Assembly: GCA_035221665.1 (NCBI GenBank)
Contig: CM069164.1
Span: 11,284,001 to 11,348,000 of the forward strand
DNA length: 64,000 nt
From: Okamejei kenojei
Lineage: Eukaryota
Direction of reading: 5' to 3'
Made by a program: the position numbers and the translations under genes. Positions within the stretch are counted from its first letter, which is position 1. Each line of letters starts with the position of its first letter. Below are positions 61,653-64,000 of this stretch, one piece after another. The notes below the pieces were generated by a model. It saw only the letters and a program-made list of their open reading frames with translations, was not told the origin of the DNA and made no database searches.

Positions 61653-64000
61653 CTGCTGCCTCTCAGCGGCAGAGACCCGGGTTTGATCCTGACTACGGGT
61701 GCTGCCTGTACGGAGTTTGTACGTTCTCCCCGTGACCGGGTGGGTTTTCTCCAGGTTCCCCCCCACAGAAGTGCGGGTTTGTAGGTTAATTGGCTTTGGT
61801 AAAATTGTAAATTGTCCCTAGTGTGTGGGATAGTGCTAGTTTACGGTGTATGGGGATCGCAGGTCGGCGCACACTCGGTGGGCCGAAGGGCCTGTTTCGA
61901 CGCTGTATCTCTAAAGCCTAAAGTAAAGTCTAAAGACGCATCTGATGAGCTGCCCTTGCTGACTCCATCAAGTGTTGGATAATCAAGCCTTTACGGTATT
62001 GACCTCTGTGGCAACGACAGCACCTTCCACACTCACGACCTCTCCCAGCTGGGAGAAAGGCAGTAACACCAAGGGGAACGCCACAACCTGGTCACTGTCT
62101 ACCAAGCCCACACCGCCCTGACTTGGTCATCTATCGACCTTCCTTTCACTGTCTCTAGGACGGTCAGAGTCCTGGCAACCCCCTCCCCATCGACATGCCC
62201 GCACCTCAAGGAAGGCAGCGGTTGACAAAGGCAGCTCACCGCCACCTTCTCACGGGCAAACAGATTCCGGCAATTCAATTCTGTCTCAGCCTTCCGGAAT
62301 GAAGCATGAAAAGTGCAAGACGTTTCTGAGAGATGTGACGTGGCTTAGCGTAACGCACAGCGTAATGCCTTGAACTCTCTCGACACGGAACAAGAACAAA
62401 TTCTGAACCATCCTCAGCGACAAGGTTAAATGTAACAACGGGATTCCTTCTGCAAGATGTGTAAAATGGGAGCGAGATAACGGACACATGCAAGACATTA
62501 TCTACCGTGTCTGGAATGGAATCATCAATCTTACTCTATTTAAATGCACTGCAAAGAAAAGTAACTGGATGTCTTCCAAGAGACCAAATACCAAGGTCCA
62601 AACCTCACTTTTACATCAAGTCTTTTATTATTACTTCCAATAGTCTGGATCCTGATATCAAGTCCCTACAACACTTCTGCGTTGTGTCAGTTCTGGCTCA
62701 GAGGCCCAAGGGCTGAGCCAGAAAATTGTGGTCTCACACACCAGAAATTAGACGCGTTATATCTGGGCTGACGCCGGCCCTGTAGAACAAGGAGTGCTGC
62801 TCTTTCTCAGTAACCTCACTGAGTGAGCGAAGTGTGGTCTGCTGATGAGGCACTCAAGAGGACATAGAAGATCTCAGTGCCACCTCATGGAGTGAGTGAA
62901 GTGGACTTTGCCTTGGGAGCAGATAAGGTGCTGCTAAAAGGGGCTAAGGTTAAGGTTTAGAGGGATTTGGGCCAAATGCGGGCAGGTGGGACTAGTGTAG
63001 ATGGAGCATCTTGGTTGGAATGGGCATGTTGGGCTGAAGGGCCTGTTTCCATGCTGTATGACTCTATGCTTCTTGGTGATGTCCTGCACAATGAACTTTG
63101 AACTTTCACCAGGTAACTTTGGATGAAGGCAAAGCTTCCATCACCAACAACCTCGCCGACTTTTCACTTGGGCCAAGTGCTTGAAATCTTAGAATACCCT
63201 CACTACCAAACTCCCTTTTTTTTGTTTCCATCTCATTCTCCTGGCATCCGTATAAATGATCTGGATTTGATCCACATCTCCAGTGATCTGTGGGGTTTCA
63301 CGGAGCTGCAGAGCAAACTGTGGTTGACGGGCCCGCTTCAGAGACGCCCTCAGCATCACGGCTACTCCTGGCTGCCTGACATCAAGGCGAAACCAGGTCA
63401 TCTCTCGCACATCTACTCTCCCACGTCATGGGCAACATCTGCCCACACCTGCACCTTGACAACTGTTGGCCACCCAACAGGTTGACAGCACCTACCTCGC
63501 CGGCAGTGTGGAAACACCCCTCCTCCTGTCGCCACAATCAAACATGCCCAGTTATCACCATGGCAATGCCAACCCACTCTGCACCATGGCAACCTGAAGA
63601 AGGGTATTGACATAGAAACATGGAAAGATAGGAAATAGGTGCAAGAGTAGGGCCATTTGACCCTTTGAGCCCGCTCTGCCATTCAACATGATCATGGCTG
63701 ATCATCCTAAATCGGTACCCCGTTCCTGCTTTCTCCCCATATCCTTTGATTCCGTTAGGCCTAAGAGCTATATCTAACTCTCTCTTGAAAACATCCAGTG
63801 AATTGGCCTCCACGGCCTTCTGTGGCAGAGAATTCCACTCACTGCCTTTGTGGCAGAGAATTCCTTGACCCAAAACGCCACCTATCCATGTTCTCCAGAG
63901 ATGCTGCCAGACCTGCTGGGTTACTCCAGTGCTTTGTGTCCTTCTATGGCAACACCTGCGATAGAAGGTCACAGTCACTACACGGTTGTCACAGATAGAA

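Noticed and set aside
63538-63978. ORF starting 'MTVT', resembling the human CORO2B first exon (MTVTK)
   Set aside because: The start is GTG, not ATG; no donor follows; the rest is pLTR and CR1 sequence. Coincidence.

Overview
This is eukaryotic, not prokaryotic, DNA: an intron-rich vertebrate locus. The repeat content (HE1-like V-SINEs, HER1/CR1-like LINEs, SacSINE1-like relics) points to a cartilaginous fish, possibly a skate or ray; that is inference. The only host gene is coronin-2B (CORO2B) on the minus strand. Ten coding exons can be read between 41524 and 2451 (1281 nt, 427 codons, in frame, GT-AG sites). The last visible exon runs into an assembly gap, and the short first exon and the terminal coiled-coil exon were not found. 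The rest is a dense, nested set of mobile elements: (i) a structurally complete but decayed DIRS1-type tyrosine-recombinase retrotransposon (about 44571-49177) with ITRs and an internal complementary region; (ii) about 25 Penelope-like pLTR fragments, many carrying a minimal hammerhead ribozyme motif CUGAAGA-A-stemII-GAAAC-GUH; (iii) 12 PIF/Harbinger-type MITEs sharing an AGGG(C/G)CTGTCCCAC terminal repeat and mostly TAA/TTA flanks; (iv) hAT-type MITEs with 8-bp target duplications, one nested in another; (v) a recent 5'-truncated Tx1-like LINE with poly(A) and TSD; (vi) many CR1, Rex1/Babar-like, L1 and SINE fragments. Most entries in the ORF track are spurious or come from transposon fragments. 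No system new at the class level could be demonstrated; the best leads are the hammerhead family and the MITE family. Family names are from recalled motifs, not database searches.
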